The position numbers were made by a program, and so were the translations under genes. Positions 32,909 to 47,373 of a DNA stretch of 64,000 nucleotides are shown here, in pieces. Below the pieces are notes generated by a model. The model saw only the letters and a program-made list of their open reading frames with translations. It was not told where the DNA came from and did no database searches. The DNA is taken from positions 529,096 through 593,095 of the forward strand of contig JAWQFM010000035.1 in NCBI GenBank assembly GCA_033442325.1. The letters are read 5' to 3'. This stretch comes from Salpingoeca rosetta. Its lineage: Eukaryota > Protista > Choanoflagellata. How positions within the stretch are numbered: position 1 is the first letter of the stretch; the number at the start of each line of letters is the position of its first letter.

Positions 32909-33081
32909 TCACAACAGGGTGCAGATGCTGCTTTTCACTTTACGCGGCAAGGGCAAGGGGCTCTTTGGCGGCTTTGTATCTGCAGACCCCTCTCCCAGGT
33001 CCAGTGGCACCTCCACGGGCGGATGAACCGTCATCGGCCTTGAGGACGGATCTTTTGGCGGGCTCGCAACAGACTGTCGGA

Positions 33082-33122
<41 letters not shown>

Positions 33123-33145
33123 TTGTTTGTGTGTGTGTGTGTGGT

Positions 33146-33183
<38 letters not shown>

Positions 33184-33458
33184 TGTGTGTGAGATTGTGT
33201 GTGTGTGGTTGTTTGTGTGTGTGTGTGTGTGAACGTGAGCGGGTGTAAAAGGCGGGTAGGTTGCGCATTGATGGCGCATGCACACGCCAGTGCATGCCAC
33301 TCACGCTGGTCTCTGAGAAGTGCGAGGACACGCGGAAGGACTTTGACATTTTCTTCGTGCGCCTGAAACTCTTTTCCCACGCGAGGGTGGACCGGCGCCC
33401 TGTTGTGACAAACAGAACACATGGAGAGGAGGGGGGTGGAGCGTTGGTCATGACAGGT

Positions 33459-33500
<42 letters not shown>

Positions 33501-33518
33501 CGTGTGTATGCATATGTA

Positions 33519-33555
<37 letters not shown>

Positions 33556-35783
33556 TAAAGCGACGGCATAGGAAAACAAAAAGGCGACAAAAACAACCAT
33601 GCTCACGAGCACTGGCACAAACTCGTGTACACATACACCGCACGCGTGTGCATGTATTCGCACCCTTCTTGACGCAGACGCTGAGCTGGATTAAGCGGCC
33701 CGACGCACAGCCACAGATCAACCCCTGACAGCGAGGTGGCAGTGGAGGGAATGGGGGAGGGAGAAAGCAGACAACAAGGTCGAGCGTGAGAGACACAAGA
33801 GAGGGAAAACTGGAAAACTCAATTCAGACACACACACACACATACGCACGCGCACGCACACACGCACGCGCACCTCATCTTCGTTCCACGAGACGGAGAA
33901 GACGGGGGAATCGAGCTGGAATCCGGGCACAAAGGGGCGGTTGCTTCCACGGCCGTTGGGGACGTTCAGTAGGTGCATCGCAGTGGACGCATCATCATCA
34001 TCGTCGTCGTCATCGCTTTCTGTTCCAGCAGGGAAGTCTGTCAGCTCCGTCAGGCGCACTGCAACACCGAGGGCGTGAACATGTGTGTGCGTGTGTGTGA
34101 ATGAGTGTGTGAGTGTGTGTGAAATTGTGTGTGTGTGAGCAATTGTGTGTGTGTGTGTGCATACGTGTGTGGACAGGCACATGAGTACGCATTGAGTGCG
34201 TGTGTGCGAACTCCAAAGACCGTTGTGCACATTCTGTCATCATCCATCCATTACCTGTGTGATCCTCCGACCCGGCGACGATGTGTGTATCCATTGGGGA
34301 CCACGCTGTGCAGAGGTATTTCAAGCGTGAATGAGCGCGTGAGTGCGAGTCAGTGAGTGTGAGTCAGAGAGCGATTGAACACGCGTGAGTAATGAGGAGT
34401 GCAGGCACGTGCATGGCTGCGGATGCCGGCAATGTGAACGTGGACGCACCAAGGCAGTAGATCCAGTGCTTGTCGTGTTGGAAGTAGAACAGCTTGTCGC
34501 CTGTTTGATGCGCAGCACGAAACCAACACACACACACGCGCGCGCGTGAGTTGCACACATTGTGTAGCGCATTCAATACCTTCGTGTCTCCGTTACTCAA
34601 TCGCATGAACCCTTCCTCCAAAGCCACAAGCACAACTGCCACTCCACAACTTCCATGCAATACCACCGCTTGACCACAATTCATCATCACCATCCACGTC
34701 ATCATCATCATCATCATCATCATCATTACCATCACCAACACCGCCACCATAGTGGCGAACAGTCGAACCTGAGAAGAACTCAAAGACGGAGACCGATCCA
34801 TCACTGCATCCCACGGCAACCATCACGCCAGTGTGGCAGAAGCGCACGGCATTCACACACGAGGTCATCGTCGCTGCAGTGGACAAGGGTGATGGCAAGA
34901 CGCAAGCACGTGAGTGTGGGGGAAAGAAGACAAGCGTGTGTGTGTGTGTGGTTGTGAAGAAACTCAGCAACCGCCAATGACGCGCGATATACTTCCACCA
35001 AGTCCTACAACACCATTCCATCCCCCATTCCATCCCCCTCCCACCCCATTCCATTCCACCGACCAAGGACGCGCTCCTGGTCGCCCGATGACACGCGCCA
35101 CACGCGGGCGGTGTTGTCGGCGGCGCCGGAGACGAGGGCATCGCCGTCCGGGTGGAAGTCGAGCGACAGCAGCCGGTCCTCGTGTCCTGCACAGACAACG
35201 GTGGAGAAGGGATGAAAGAGCGCGGGAGGGAAGTGTTGTGGAGGGCGCGTGAGTGATTTGAGTGTTAACAAATGGATGCTGCTGGTGACGGTTGGGACCA
35301 AACACACACACACACACATACACGCACACATACTCACACACTTGCTCACACTCATGCACACACGCTCACACTTGCTCTCACACTCACACTCATGCACACA
35401 CACACACCTCTGCATGTGAACAGCTGTGCTCCTTTCACGGCGTCCCAGATGATGATGGTTGGATCGCGCTCAAATGCGCCTGACGCAATGTGCATTCCAT
35501 CACTGGACCAGGCCACCGCCTCCACCCAGTCCTTATGGCCTGCAGAGTTGTCATGGTAGGGAGTGAGTCATGGTTGCGAATGGAAGTGAATGAGTGAGTA
35601 TGTGAATGTGTGTGTGAGACAGTGTGTGTGTGAGTGAGTGAGAGAATGTGTGTAGAGAGTGAGAGAGAGTGTGTGTGTGTGTTTGCGTGTGTGTGTGCGA
35701 GAGAAAGAACGGGGGGGGGAGTGTGTGTGTGTGTGCGTGTGTGTGTTTATTGTATTGGACCGGCACAACTTCCTCGAGATGCA

Positions 35784-35817
<34 letters not shown>

Positions 35818-36318
35818 TACTACTACCACTACTGCTACCGGCAACACCTGTGCATTGACCACGTATGCCCGCATGTCTGACCTTTGAGTTCGAAGAGCAG
35901 GCGGTCTTCTCTAACGCTCCACACACGCACGACTCCGTCCCCGCATCCGCTCACAATCTGGACACGTGCAGTGGATACAAAGCAAGCCGCTTTGAGCACA
36001 CGCATCCAGCAGAAGGAGGACGAGCAAGATGCTGTGTGCAGTTGCAACCACAAACAAACACACACACACACACAAACACAAACACACACAAACACAAACA
36101 AACACACACACGCACAAACCTTGCCGCTGTCTGGGCTCCACGCAATGGAGTTGACCCAGTCGTCGTGATCCCGAAATACCTGGCGAGGGTGCGTGTGCGT
36201 GTGTGTATGGTGATGATGATGGTGCCAGCATTATTTTGTGGTTTCATGTGAACAAAACTCGGCACGACACAAAGAGAGACAAGGAGAGAGAGAGAGAACG
36301 CGCACACACACTAAACAG

Positions 36319-36359
<41 letters not shown>

Positions 36360-36951
36360 CAGCATACACACACATTAACACACAAAACAGCACGCGTGTC
36401 CCCACGTACGGTGATCTTCTGCCCTGCATCTGTGCTCCACACGCGGAGACTGCGATCATCCGATCCAGACGCGACCATGGTGCCGTCCGGGCTCCAGCTG
36501 ATGCGGTGGCAAGCGGCGCAAGCAATGTGGTTGAGAGGGAGAGAGGGGGAGAAGTGGGGGAGAGGGTGGAGGAGGTGGACAAGGTGGCTTGCAACCGAAC
36601 ACATACAAACACGCACAAAAACACACACACACAGCCACACACACACACACACACACATAACACACGCACGCACGCACACAAACGAACAAACACACACACA
36701 CACACCTGCATGATCTGCACGACTCATCGTGTCCTGTTTCGATGCGTGACTGCCTGAGCTCGTCTGTCATATACGCAGACGCATCCCACGTGCGAACCTG
36801 TGGCGGTTGTAGCGGCACAAGCGCCGACGTTGTGGTGTCGCGCGGGCACGTATGCGTTGTGGTCGTGTTGGTAGCCGTGGTTGGAGTCGTTCGTGTGTGG
36901 TTGAATGGTGGGATCATTGTTGTGGTGGTGCGCGTGTCGTTGTTGGCGTGG

Positions 36952-36982
<31 letters not shown>

Positions 36983-38009
36983 GGTGGTGGTGGTGGTGGT
37001 GGTGGTGGCCACGACAGCCGGTGAAGGTGTGGGATGGCGTGGAGTGTGTGATCATGGTGAGGATGTACGTGAAAGAAGCAAAGCAGGCCGCTAACACTCA
37101 CAACAACAAGCAAATCCACGGGCAGTCACTTGCTGCTTGGTGCTGTGAGCGAAACTCGTCACGCTTCAATACACACCCGCTCGTCACGCACCCACAAATC
37201 GCAAGGGCAACAAAAACAAACAAAGCAGCAGAGAGAAGAAGGGCCTACGCGCAAAGCGAAGGAAAGAAAAGAAAAGAACAGAAAAATTATTGACAATTAC
37301 AGCGAATGATGGTGGTCCTCCCGTGAACGAAATTGCAAAGGGAAGAAAGAGAATAGAATGGACACACACACACACACGCACGCACACACACACACACGCG
37401 CGCACACGTGCACGCACGCACACATGCACACACCGTTGAGTCGCTGGATGCAGTTGCGAGGAGGGTGTAGTCTGGGCTCCAGCACACGTCATTGATGCCT
37501 GCGTGATGACCCTCAAGACTACCAAGAAGCTGGCATTGCTCGTCCCAAATCTGCACACACACGCGCGCGCAAAGGAGGGCACAGCCAAGATCGGGCGAGG
37601 CGGAGGGTGAAAAGACTTAAAGGGTGGTGACATGAAGACATGCACACATGAAAGGGGCAAGAAGACGATTTGTGCTTGTGTGTGCAAGGGAGGAATAGTG
37701 GCACCCATCGTGTACTCAAATTACTCAGGACAATGACGCCATCGACACACGCCATGCACGAAGGTACTCCGTGAGCACCGAACGCGCAAGCCGGCATGCA
37801 CTTGGTGTTGCTTCAGGGTGCGCATGCGAACTGTACTACCTTGACGGTTGGGTCCTCCGAAAAGCCGCATGTGACGACGTGTCGCTTGACTGCGTTCCAC
37901 ACAACACCCGTCACCCAGTCCTCGTGCGCTTTCAGCTGGGCAGAGAGCGACAAGAAAGTACCAGGGGAGGCACGTGTTAGAACACAGGTACACGGAGTAG
38001 AGCACAGGT

Positions 38010-38056
<47 letters not shown>

Positions 38057-39479
38057 GAGAGAGAGTGAGTGAGTGAGTGAGTGAGTGAGTGAGTGAGTGA
38101 GTGAGTGAGTGAGTGAGAGAGAGTGAGTGAGAGAGAGTGAGTGAGAGAGAGTGAGTGAGAGAGTGAGAGAGAGAGAGCATCGGTGTTGTGAAACAGGGAC
38201 GAGATGTCATTGGCACACACATATGCACACACATATGCATTGACGATGGCTTACATCCTTGATGACTTGGCCTGTTTTGGCGTTGACAACGACGAGGTGG
38301 CCAGAGCTAAGGAGCCACAACCACACGTGACATTGACACGTGGGATGCAGAGGTGAGATTGTACGAGGCAGAAGAGGAGCCCAAGCAAGCACTCAACTGT
38401 ACATACGCGCGCGCACTTGCAGACACACACACACACGAAGTGTTCCCACCTGGTGCCTGCGTAGACTTTTGGGTGTGCCCAGTCCAAGCACATGACGTCG
38501 CCCGTCAGCAATGGAAATGTTTGTACAGGATTGCCTGCACGCGAAGAGCCGGTAATGATTTGGTGGTTTGGAAGGCGTGCATTTGCAAACGCAGGCGAGT
38601 CGCATACGGAGGTGAGACACAAGAGAAGATGTGTGCGGTATGACGAGGCAACGCTCTGCAGGAACACACACGCACACACACACACGAGCAAGGCATGCAT
38701 GCATGCAGCCCTACAGACAGACAGACACACAGACAGGCAGGTGCACACACATGCGCACACAAAAGACACAGCCACACAGGCACACAAAAGACACAGCCAC
38801 ACAAGCATGCAATGCACTGTCTGCCACGACCACGAAAGACGAGCTCACTCTGTGTCACATCGAACACGGCAAGGAAGCCCCCATCGCCGCCCACAGCAAC
38901 ATGTGTTCGTGACTGGTGCAAGCATGCAGAGAACAGGGTGAACAGAGCGGAATGTGTGCGGGTGTTTTGCACGTGGGTGAGCGTGCATGTATCATGGGTA
39001 TGGCTGGTGTGATGTGAACAATGCACCAACATACAACTGCCACTGTTCACGTGACAGCGCAGCGCACGCACTCGCATCGTGTGGCTCTTTCAACACACAC
39101 GCACACGCACACGCACACGCACGCACACACGCACACGCACACGCACACACACACACACAACCAACCATGCAACGCACATTTGGCATCCATTTGACGGTAA
39201 GCATGGCTGCATCGAGCTGGTATGTCTTTGTGCACTTGAGGTCTGTTGTCCACAGCTTGAGGGTCATGTCCTGTGACACGGAGACAATGGCATTGCCACG
39301 GTCGTTGAAGGAGACACAGCGCACACAGTCTGTATGTCCCGTGGTGGTCACCCGCGGTGTCTCTGCGCCATCCATGTCCCACAGCGCCAACACACCCTCT
39401 GCACAGCCATAAAGAAAGGGGTGGGGGGATAAGTGAGGCAAGGGGGGGGGGGTACTGGTAATAAGCGAAGACCCTTGCA

Positions 39480-39544
<65 letters not shown>

Positions 39545-40347
39545 AAACACACACACACACTCAAACACACACCTCAACATAAACACACACTTTTCTCCCC
39601 CAACCTGCATCGCCGGACGCGATGGTGGCCATATCGGGCGACCAGGCGACAGCAAAGATGGCAGCAGTGCCTTCGAAGATGCGGTCCAGCTCGCCATTTG
39701 GGCCATGCACAATGACCTGCACAAGCGCATGAGCGAGAGAGCGAGTGTTGACGTGAGACGGGAGGACGATGCTTGTTAGTGCGTGCATACATACGTGTGC
39801 TGGTGTGTTTGTTTGAGAGGCAAGGAAGGTTTTGCACGTGCGTGTGCATGCGCATGTGCATGTGCACGCGAGAAGTCAGCAAGCAACTGTGTGAGATGCC
39901 GAGTGGGGCAGTGCTTTTGACACAACACGCACCGATTGATCGCTGCCGGAGCTGGCAATGCCACGCCTTGACCAGCACACGCTGTGCACCCAGTCCTCAT
40001 GGCCCTCTAAGATCTAGGGAAGCAGCAAAAGCAGTTGCGGCGGAGATGTTGCCTGCAGATCAGATGAAAGAGCAGGAGCAGCAGCAGGAGCAGCAGCACG
40101 AACAGGAACAGGAACAGGAACAGGAGGAGCAGAAGTAGGAGCAGGAGCAGGAGCAGGAGCAGAAGCAGGAGCAGAAGTAGGAGCAGGAGCAGGAGCAGAA
40201 GCAGGAGAGCCAATCAACCAAATGGCCCAAGGAGCCATCGGCGAACATCAGCAACACACAGTCTTCCTTTATCCATCACGCACACACACACACACACACC
40301 TGTAGGTACTCTTTGTCTTGAGCTGCGACCTGCAGCTCCTCCACCAT
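32909..40347 (-). CDS. Multi-exon WD40-repeat protein with C-terminal CaaX box
   Basis: Many GH..WD repeats (GHTDCVRCVSFN..LKLW, AHEDWVTGVVWN, GHHAGINDVCWSPD, ISWSPDGTMVASGSDDRSLRVW, GHEDRLLSLDFHPD). The last three exons splice in frame to ...PRKVKSSICTLL*. The start codon is uncertain. Confidence 0.85.
40075..40207. repeat. (GCAGGA)n-type minisatellite, intronic in the WD40 gene
   Basis: Repeated gcaggagcagga/gcagaagtagga units. Confidence 0.8.
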
Positions 40348-40808
40348 GATGACTACCAAGCTGCGACGGAATCACACACAGGGAAGGAGAAGGGAAGGAA
40401 GGGAACGAAGCCGACGCTATCCGCTCTCGCAGCACAACAAACACAAACACACCAGGCAGCTCAAGTCGCCAAGGCTGTGATGCTGTGATGATGTGAGAAG
40501 GTCGCACACAGCTGAGGTACGACGAAAGAACAGACCAAGGTTGTGTGATGCGGGTCGTGTAGGGTTGGGAAGGACAGAAGGGGATGCTGCTGGAAGGCGG
40601 TGAGGGGGTGAAGGACACTCAGCAAGCAGGCAGGCAGGCGGGCAGGCAAGCAAGAAGCAAAAGGAAAAGCTTTCAGAGTTGTTGTGCTTTTGCCGCTTTG
40701 CTGTTTTTTGCCTGCAGGCAAAGTAGAAGCACCCTGACGACGGGGATTCCTTCTTTAAATAATTTATTGTTGCGGTGTAATTTGATGCTGTTTTAACCCC
40801 AACGGTGG

Positions 40809-40833
40809 TGTTACGACTGAATTCAGTCGATGG
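40809..40833. promoter_or_regulatory. Perfect 16 bp palindrome CGACTGAATTCAGTCG (40814-40829) in the divergent WD40/WDR43 promoter
   Basis: Seen directly in an AT-rich intergenic stretch between divergent genes. It has a near-copy at 28206. Confidence 0.5.
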
Positions 40834-41107
40834 GTTTATGAGATATTCAACAGCACAATTGTTTTCAAACCTAGTTTTAGGGTTTGGTTTCTTCTCTCAC
40901 CACTTTTCTTCCTCAGCAGCACCACGTGGTTGTTCCAGTCTCTTTTTCTCAGCGCACACAGGCACACAAGGCACACAAGCACACATCATCCACGTGCCAC
41001 CTTCTTGTCTCTCGGCTTTGTTCATTCATCCCACGTCTTCCCCCATTTCTCATTCCCCCCCCCTCCCTCCTTACACCTCCGACACTTGTCCCTCGTACCT
41101 CGACGCC

Positions 41108-44100
41108 ATGTTCGGGGATATCAAGGCGTGTGACTTCAGCCCGGATGGGTTCTTCTTTGCCGTGCTCGGCGTGAATGGGCAGCTGCGCGTGTTCGAGACC
41201 GCCACCAACACCCAGCGGCTCATCACAAGCATCACCACAGACAAGGACGACCAACACAGTGAGCACACAACCCTTGACAGGAGACAACGATCCCGACACA
41301 TCAACTGCTTCACATGGAAACCGCCCACACAAGAAAAGGTGCGCTCGCGCGTGTGTTGTGTGTGTGTGTGCTATGCGTCTGTTTGTATGTGTGTGAACTG
41401 TGTGTGATTGCGCTAGTCTGTCTCCTACCTGTGTGCTGTGTGTTGTGTGCGTTTGTTGATGTGAGCACTGCGTGTGTTCCAGCCTGGTGGCTGCGTGCTT
41501 GTTCCACTCCTTCCGCTCTGCCCGCTTTGCCATGCCACGCTCTCACGCACACACACACACACACACACACACAAACGCGCATGCACGCAAACAGAAAAGA
41601 AGACGAGCCAAGAAGCAGGCAGATCCCACGATTCTGGCTGGCTATTCCACGGGCGAGGTTTGCGCATATGCGCTTGCGACACACCATGTGTGCGTATTAC
41701 TCCCTCCTTAACGTGCTGCATCAGGCAATCGTATTCCGCGGCTCTCAATGCAAGCTCACTCTCACCTTTGTTTGTTCACTGATCCAGATTGGCTTGATCA
41801 GCGTGAACTCGGGCGCCACACAGTTCTGGGTAAGAGGGAGTGTTTGAGTGTCTTGTGTATGTGTGTGTGTGTGTGATTGGCATCGTTCATGTGCAGAGGA
41901 AAAAAGTTCTTATCCCCCCCCCTTCTTCTCTCCTTAACACGCTTCTCATTGAAACCACCATCCGCTTGCCTCCCTCTTGTAGACACCCGATGACGATGAT
42001 AGCGAAACACACAAGCACAACGTCACTGCCCTTGCATGGCACGCTGAGGCGAGCGCAGTCTTCTCGCTTGACCAGCGTGGCACCGTCCTCAAGTGGTCAC
42101 AAGGTGAGCTGACGCTGCCTTGTGTGCCATCCACACGATTTGCGATCTCTCCTCAGTTTTCTTTTCTTGTTTTGTGCACCTTGCCTGCCCCTGTGGTTTG
42201 GGCGCATTTTTTGACCTCTGACTGAATCTGCCACACTAGTGCACACTCTTGCACACACAACCTCTCTGTCTCTCCCTCATGCACACACACACTTCATGCT
42301 TTACAGATGGCAAGCACAGTGAGCAGTTTCTCAAGAGGGCTGTCAAGTCTGCGCGCTCGTTGAGTGCTGGCCTGCCCACGGCAGATAACCAACACACGAT
42401 CCTTGTGGCGGGACGGGACATCTACGTCTATGCTGTTGATGGTGCTACAGAGCTTAAGGTGAGCACATTGTGCTTTGCGTCTCTCTGCCCCTGCTCCGTG
42501 CTTCCTCTCTTTCCTGGCATTTCCTCCTCTTTCTATCCCTCTCCTCATGCGTCACTGATGAACAACATATTCATCCGCGCTTGGACTGACTTTCTTTTCG
42601 TGATGAAAGCGAATATTTGAATTTCATATTTCTTCACGTTGAACTGAGACGCACATGAAGGCATGCACAACGCACAAAACACACAGAACACCCAAACGGG
42701 CACTGGTTCTCCTTGACATGTTCATTGCTCTCTTCCTCTCACATCCACTCCGGTTTGTCCATTGTGCATCTTTCTTTCTTCCTTGTTTGTGTTTCCTTAA
42801 CAATGCAGAGAATATCAGCGCACGTCAACCCCGTGTCTCGGTTGTTGCTATGCACGCGGTCGGACGTCCAGGGTGTAAGTTGTCCCTCTCACCCACTGGC
42901 ACATGCACAAACATCCACGCGCTCGCACCTCATTTACAACACACACGCACAACATAACACACGCACAACACATGTGGCCGTCACTGATGAACAACATATT
43001 CATCCGCGCTTGGACTGACTTTCATGTTGTGATGAAAGCGAATATTTGAATTTCATATTTCTTCACGTTGAACTGAGACGCACATTCACACCGACACAGC
43101 ATGCGCACACCGCAAACGGTGTACGCCCCGCGCTTCACAACTCACGCTTGCGTGTGTCACCATCGCTGTCATGTACATGGTCACGTTGGTTTCCACACAG
43201 GTGTTCTCCTTTGTGTCCTCGGACGATAATGATCGGCAAATCAACTTGTGGTCTCTCGACGTTACAGAAAAGGTTCGTTGATCTGTTAACGTGTGTGTGC
43301 GCGTGCGCATGTATTGTGCTTGCTGGCGTGGCCGTTGCTCATGTCCCTGGAGTTGCGCGTCTTGGATGGCGTTCCTCACATGGTGCAATCACGCCCCTCC
43401 CTGTTTGCTGGCGTGTTCAACAGAAGCAACAGTTGTTGATGGCCATTGAATCACCGGCACAGCCTGCCGCTGTTACCTACTCCGCGGGCGCCAAGAAGAA
43501 CTCTGCACTGCGCGTCGCTGTCTTGGGCCTCAACGGTGCGTGTTGTGCGCTTTGCATAAATTAATATGCCTGCCCTGGAGTGTTTCGCTTGTATCCGGTG
43601 AGGCAAGCAAATCACTTTTGGCGTGGTGGCAGTCGCTGTTTTTTGTTTTTGTTTTTTCCACGCGCGGAACATGTGCTCAGGCAGCCAGCTCACTGCCGTG
43701 TGCTTGTGTGGCTTTGCTTTCCCTGCAGGTTGCTTGTACGTGTATGATGGGCTGAGCAAGGTACACAAGACGCCTGTGGCCACCATTCGCATGGAGACGG
43801 GCGATGTCCCCTCCAAGAAGGTGTCCATCATTAGTGCACAGTTTCCGGCAGAGCGCAACGAGCAGACGATTCATATTGCACGCGGCAACGCCATCGACCC
43901 CACCTTTGAGGACCTGGTGCGTCACATTGTTCCACAATTGATGAGACTGTTGATTCGCTGCGATGTGTACTGTAGTGTGCACTGGCTCGGCTGTTTCGTG
44001 CGAAAGTGGCTGCGTTGCCATGGTTCCTTTCCTTGCGTCAACCTTCTGTCGGCTTTTCAGCCCCTTCTTTTCAACTCTTTTCTCTCGATCTCACCACAAC

Positions 44101-45399
44101 CGTCACTTGCTTTCTACGACCTTGTCACCGAATTGTTGTCGTTGTTCGTTTTCTTTGCATGCGTGTGTAGACGCTGGGGAGCACGGCTCAGGACCAGCTG
44201 CTGACGCGCGATGCGCCGCTGGAGCTGTTCCAGTCTGTGTCGAAGCAGCAGCAGAAGCTGTTCAAGGACCGCGCCCCCACAGCGAAGCCCACCATCCTCG
44301 GCGCTGCACAAGTCGGATCCGTCCAGTCAAAGCCATCGTACGTGACAGTCGCCTGCTGCGCGTTCATGCGTGCTTGCTCATGCACCTGTGAAACAGTAGA
44401 CGCAGGCTTGGCTTTCGTTCACGGTGGCATGTGCTTGCTTTTACAACATGCACTTGCACATTCAAAATGCACCCACCAACATCTCGCTCACCCGCATTAC
44501 TTCCTTCCTTCTTTCTTTCTGCTGCAGGGAGGAGGCGATCAAGCCGCTGAGCAAGCAGTTTGCAAACCTGCTGAAGGAGACGGGTGCTGATCAGCTGCCG
44601 CAAGGCTACACGCGCGATGGACAGCCCCGGTCTGGCACCTTGATTGGCATGCTCATGCAGGCCCTCCACTCCTCCGATAACGCCCTCCTCGACGAGGTGA
44701 GCCCCCTGCATTGTCTGTATGGTGGTGTGCTTCAAGTGCCGCCACCATGGAACGATGCACATGTGTTGCTGTTTGTTTGGCTCTCGCTTTCTTCGAGTCA
44801 CGTTTACTCTGATTCTCTGTCGGTGTCCTTGGAGTTGTGTCTCTGTTCCCTCCAATTTCTCGTAGTCCCCTCTTCTCCCTTTTCTGTCGTTGCCTTTCTG
44901 TACTCTCCTTCGTCCGCCTTCCTTCCATTGTCCTTGTGTTTTTCCCTTCCCCCCCACCTCCATAACCACATTTGAATGTGGATTCCAGTTGCTAGAGGGC
45001 GTTTTGGTGCTTAGTGGCCAAGTTCGCCTTAATTTATTTCGCTGGAAAACTGAGGAGTTTCACCTCCAGTGAGCCATGGGGTCAGTCGTTGCCTTTCGTC
45101 GCCTTAATTGTGCGGCGGGACGGATCTGCGGCTCGCCCTTCCCTACCAAAGCGTTTACCGTTCCCTGGGGTGGCCTGGTTGTGGCTTTGTTCAACGACGC
45201 GTGGCGGTGCATTATGGGCTGGTGTCGCACTCTTGCCGCAGCAGCTCGCACCCCCTTCGATGCTTCCGCGCGTCGGACACTTCATCTCTCTCACCTTTCC
45301 TCTGTTTCTACTCTTTCTGTGTGTATGTGTGTTTTGTGCTGTCCATGTGCCTCTTTTCTCAATTCCCACCTTCTGTTTCATGTTTTCCCTCTTGCCCTT

Positions 45400-45454
<55 letters not shown>

Positions 45455-46713
45455 CCACCTCCTTTCGGCACTCATCGCATTGTTATGTGCGCCCACATGG
45501 ATACTTTCTTCTTTTGTGTGGTGCAGTGCTTGAGCTCTGCGACGGAGCGCATTGTCAAGGCGACGACTGCGCGTCTGCCGCCCAAGTTTGTGCCGGTCTT
45601 TTTCAAGAAGATTGTGCACAAGCTGGAGGCTCGCCCTGCCCGCGGCTCGTCCCTGCTTGTGTGGATCCGCTGCCTGCTCATGGCACACACCAGCTATCTC
45701 CTCACCCTGCCCAACCTCGCAGACATGCTCAAGGACCTCTATGGGTAAGCGAACTTGTTGTTATGTGTCGTGTGTTTGCTTTCGTGTGCGTGGCAAGTTG
45801 TGTATGTGTGTGTGTCTGTAATGGTTGCGTGGTTCGTCAAGACAGTATGGTTTTTGTTCACCTCTGCATCACATCGGTTTGCCCTTGTAGCATGGCTGAG
45901 GCGCGGCTTGCGGCGTTCCCTGCGATTGCGCGGCTATCTGGTCGCCTCGATTTGCTGTTGGCGCATGCTGACCGCACCGACCAAGGCTTGGAGGACGACC
46001 TGGCCGACGTCGACGAGGACATTGTGCCGCGCGCCGTCTACATTGAGCCCGGTTCGTGTGGGTGTGGGTGTGTGAAGACTTCTCTCTCTCTCTCTCTCTC
46101 TGTCTCTCTTTTGTGCGTCATGTGGTCGTTGTGCTCTTTCCAAGATCTCACCGCAGCACGTGCGTATCCTTGTGATTTGCGGCTTGTGCAGAGGAGGACG
46201 ACGAAGAGGAGGAGGAAGCTGGTGCCGATGGTGAAGACGAGGAGGAGGACGACGAAGACGAAGACGTGAGTATTTGTCATGTCAGCTGTCAGTCATGTTG
46301 TGGTGCCCTTTGTCCCAATTGCTGCTGCTTCAAAGCTGAAGTGCTACGAGTGTGTGCTTTGCTTGTGCCACACGATCACTCCACACTCATATTTGCGCTG
46401 CGTTGTGGTTCTTATTTGTTGTTTCATGCAGGAGTGGGAGCCTGTGGAGGTGCCTGGCGAGGATGACGCGCTCTTTGATGATGTGCTGGGCATGTCTGAG
46501 ATGGAAGACTCTGACGAAGACGAGGACGACGCTGCGTCTGGGAAGCTGCTCGGCGATGATGATGAAGATGAAGAAGATGATGAGGCTGAGGAAGAGAGCG
46601 ATGATGACGACGAAGAAGAAGAAGATGATGATGATGATGAGGAGGAGGAGGAAGGCGACAATGCCATGGACGAGGATGACGACGATGATGATGAGGCCAA
46701 CGACAGTGATTGA
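41108..46713 (+). CDS. WDR43: WD repeat protein 43 / UTP5 (SSU processome t-UTP)
   Basis: MFGDIKACDFSPDGFFFAVLGVNGQLRVFET WD start, a Utp12/Dip2 domain (MLMQALHSSDNALLDE|CL...IVKATTARLPP...VWIRCLLMAHTSYL...RLSGRLDLL), and a long acidic tail. Confidence 0.9.
42548..42653 (+). ncRNA. Intronic box C/D snoRNA, copy 1, predicted LSU rRNA methylation guide
   Basis: Terminal stem tgcgtc/gacgca, box C TGATGA (42556), D' CTGA, C' TGATGA (42601) and D CTGA (42644). The guides are complementary to LSU rRNA CCAAGCGCGG and TCAA(C/A)GTGAAGAAAT. Confidence 0.85.
42979..43080 (+). ncRNA. Intronic box C/D snoRNA, copy 2 (in the next intron)
   Basis: Near-identical to copy 1 in all boxes and guides. It differs only in the D'-C' spacer and the flanks. 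Confidence 0.85.
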
Positions 46714-46913
46714 TGAGAGACGGCACGTTCTCGTTCTCTTCCTCTTCCTCTTTTTCTCGCTTATTGTCGATTATTAGGAACGCTGTAAATGTAAATCTAC
46801 AAATCCGAATGTGTGGGAATCAAAGCCAGTCCTTGCTGCACTGCAAACAACCACACAAACCAGCAAGCCAGTGAATCGAGAGAGGAAAGCAACAACAAGT
46901 CAGACGAAGACGG

Positions 46914-47337
46914 ATGATGCGTTCAGGTTGGTGGTCGTGGCAGTGATGGACGGTGGACATGGATGCACTGGCAGGTGTGGGTGAGGGGCTTCGTTGTCTC
47001 TGGGGTGCTCATTGCGATTGGTGTGAACGTTTTGTTTTTTTTTGGCAGGTGTTTCGGCCATTGTTGTGGCGGTGTGCTTTGCTGTGGTGGCTGCAAGCCC
47101 CACTGCAAGCGCCGCCTTTACGTCCCGCAACCGTGAGAAGCTCGTGTCCTTGCTCAAGGGTGCGGATGCTTCCAACCTGGAGCACGCCTTTGCCGCTGCC
47201 TCAGGCCTTCATGCCATCGGCGCAGATGTGCCAAAGGTGCGATGCCTACGTGTGTGTGTGGGTGGGTGTGTGGGTGTGTGTGGGTGTAGGTGTGGGTGTA
47301 GGTGTGTGGTGGGGGGGGGATGGGAGGTTGTGCGGGG

Positions 47338-47373
<36 letters not shown>

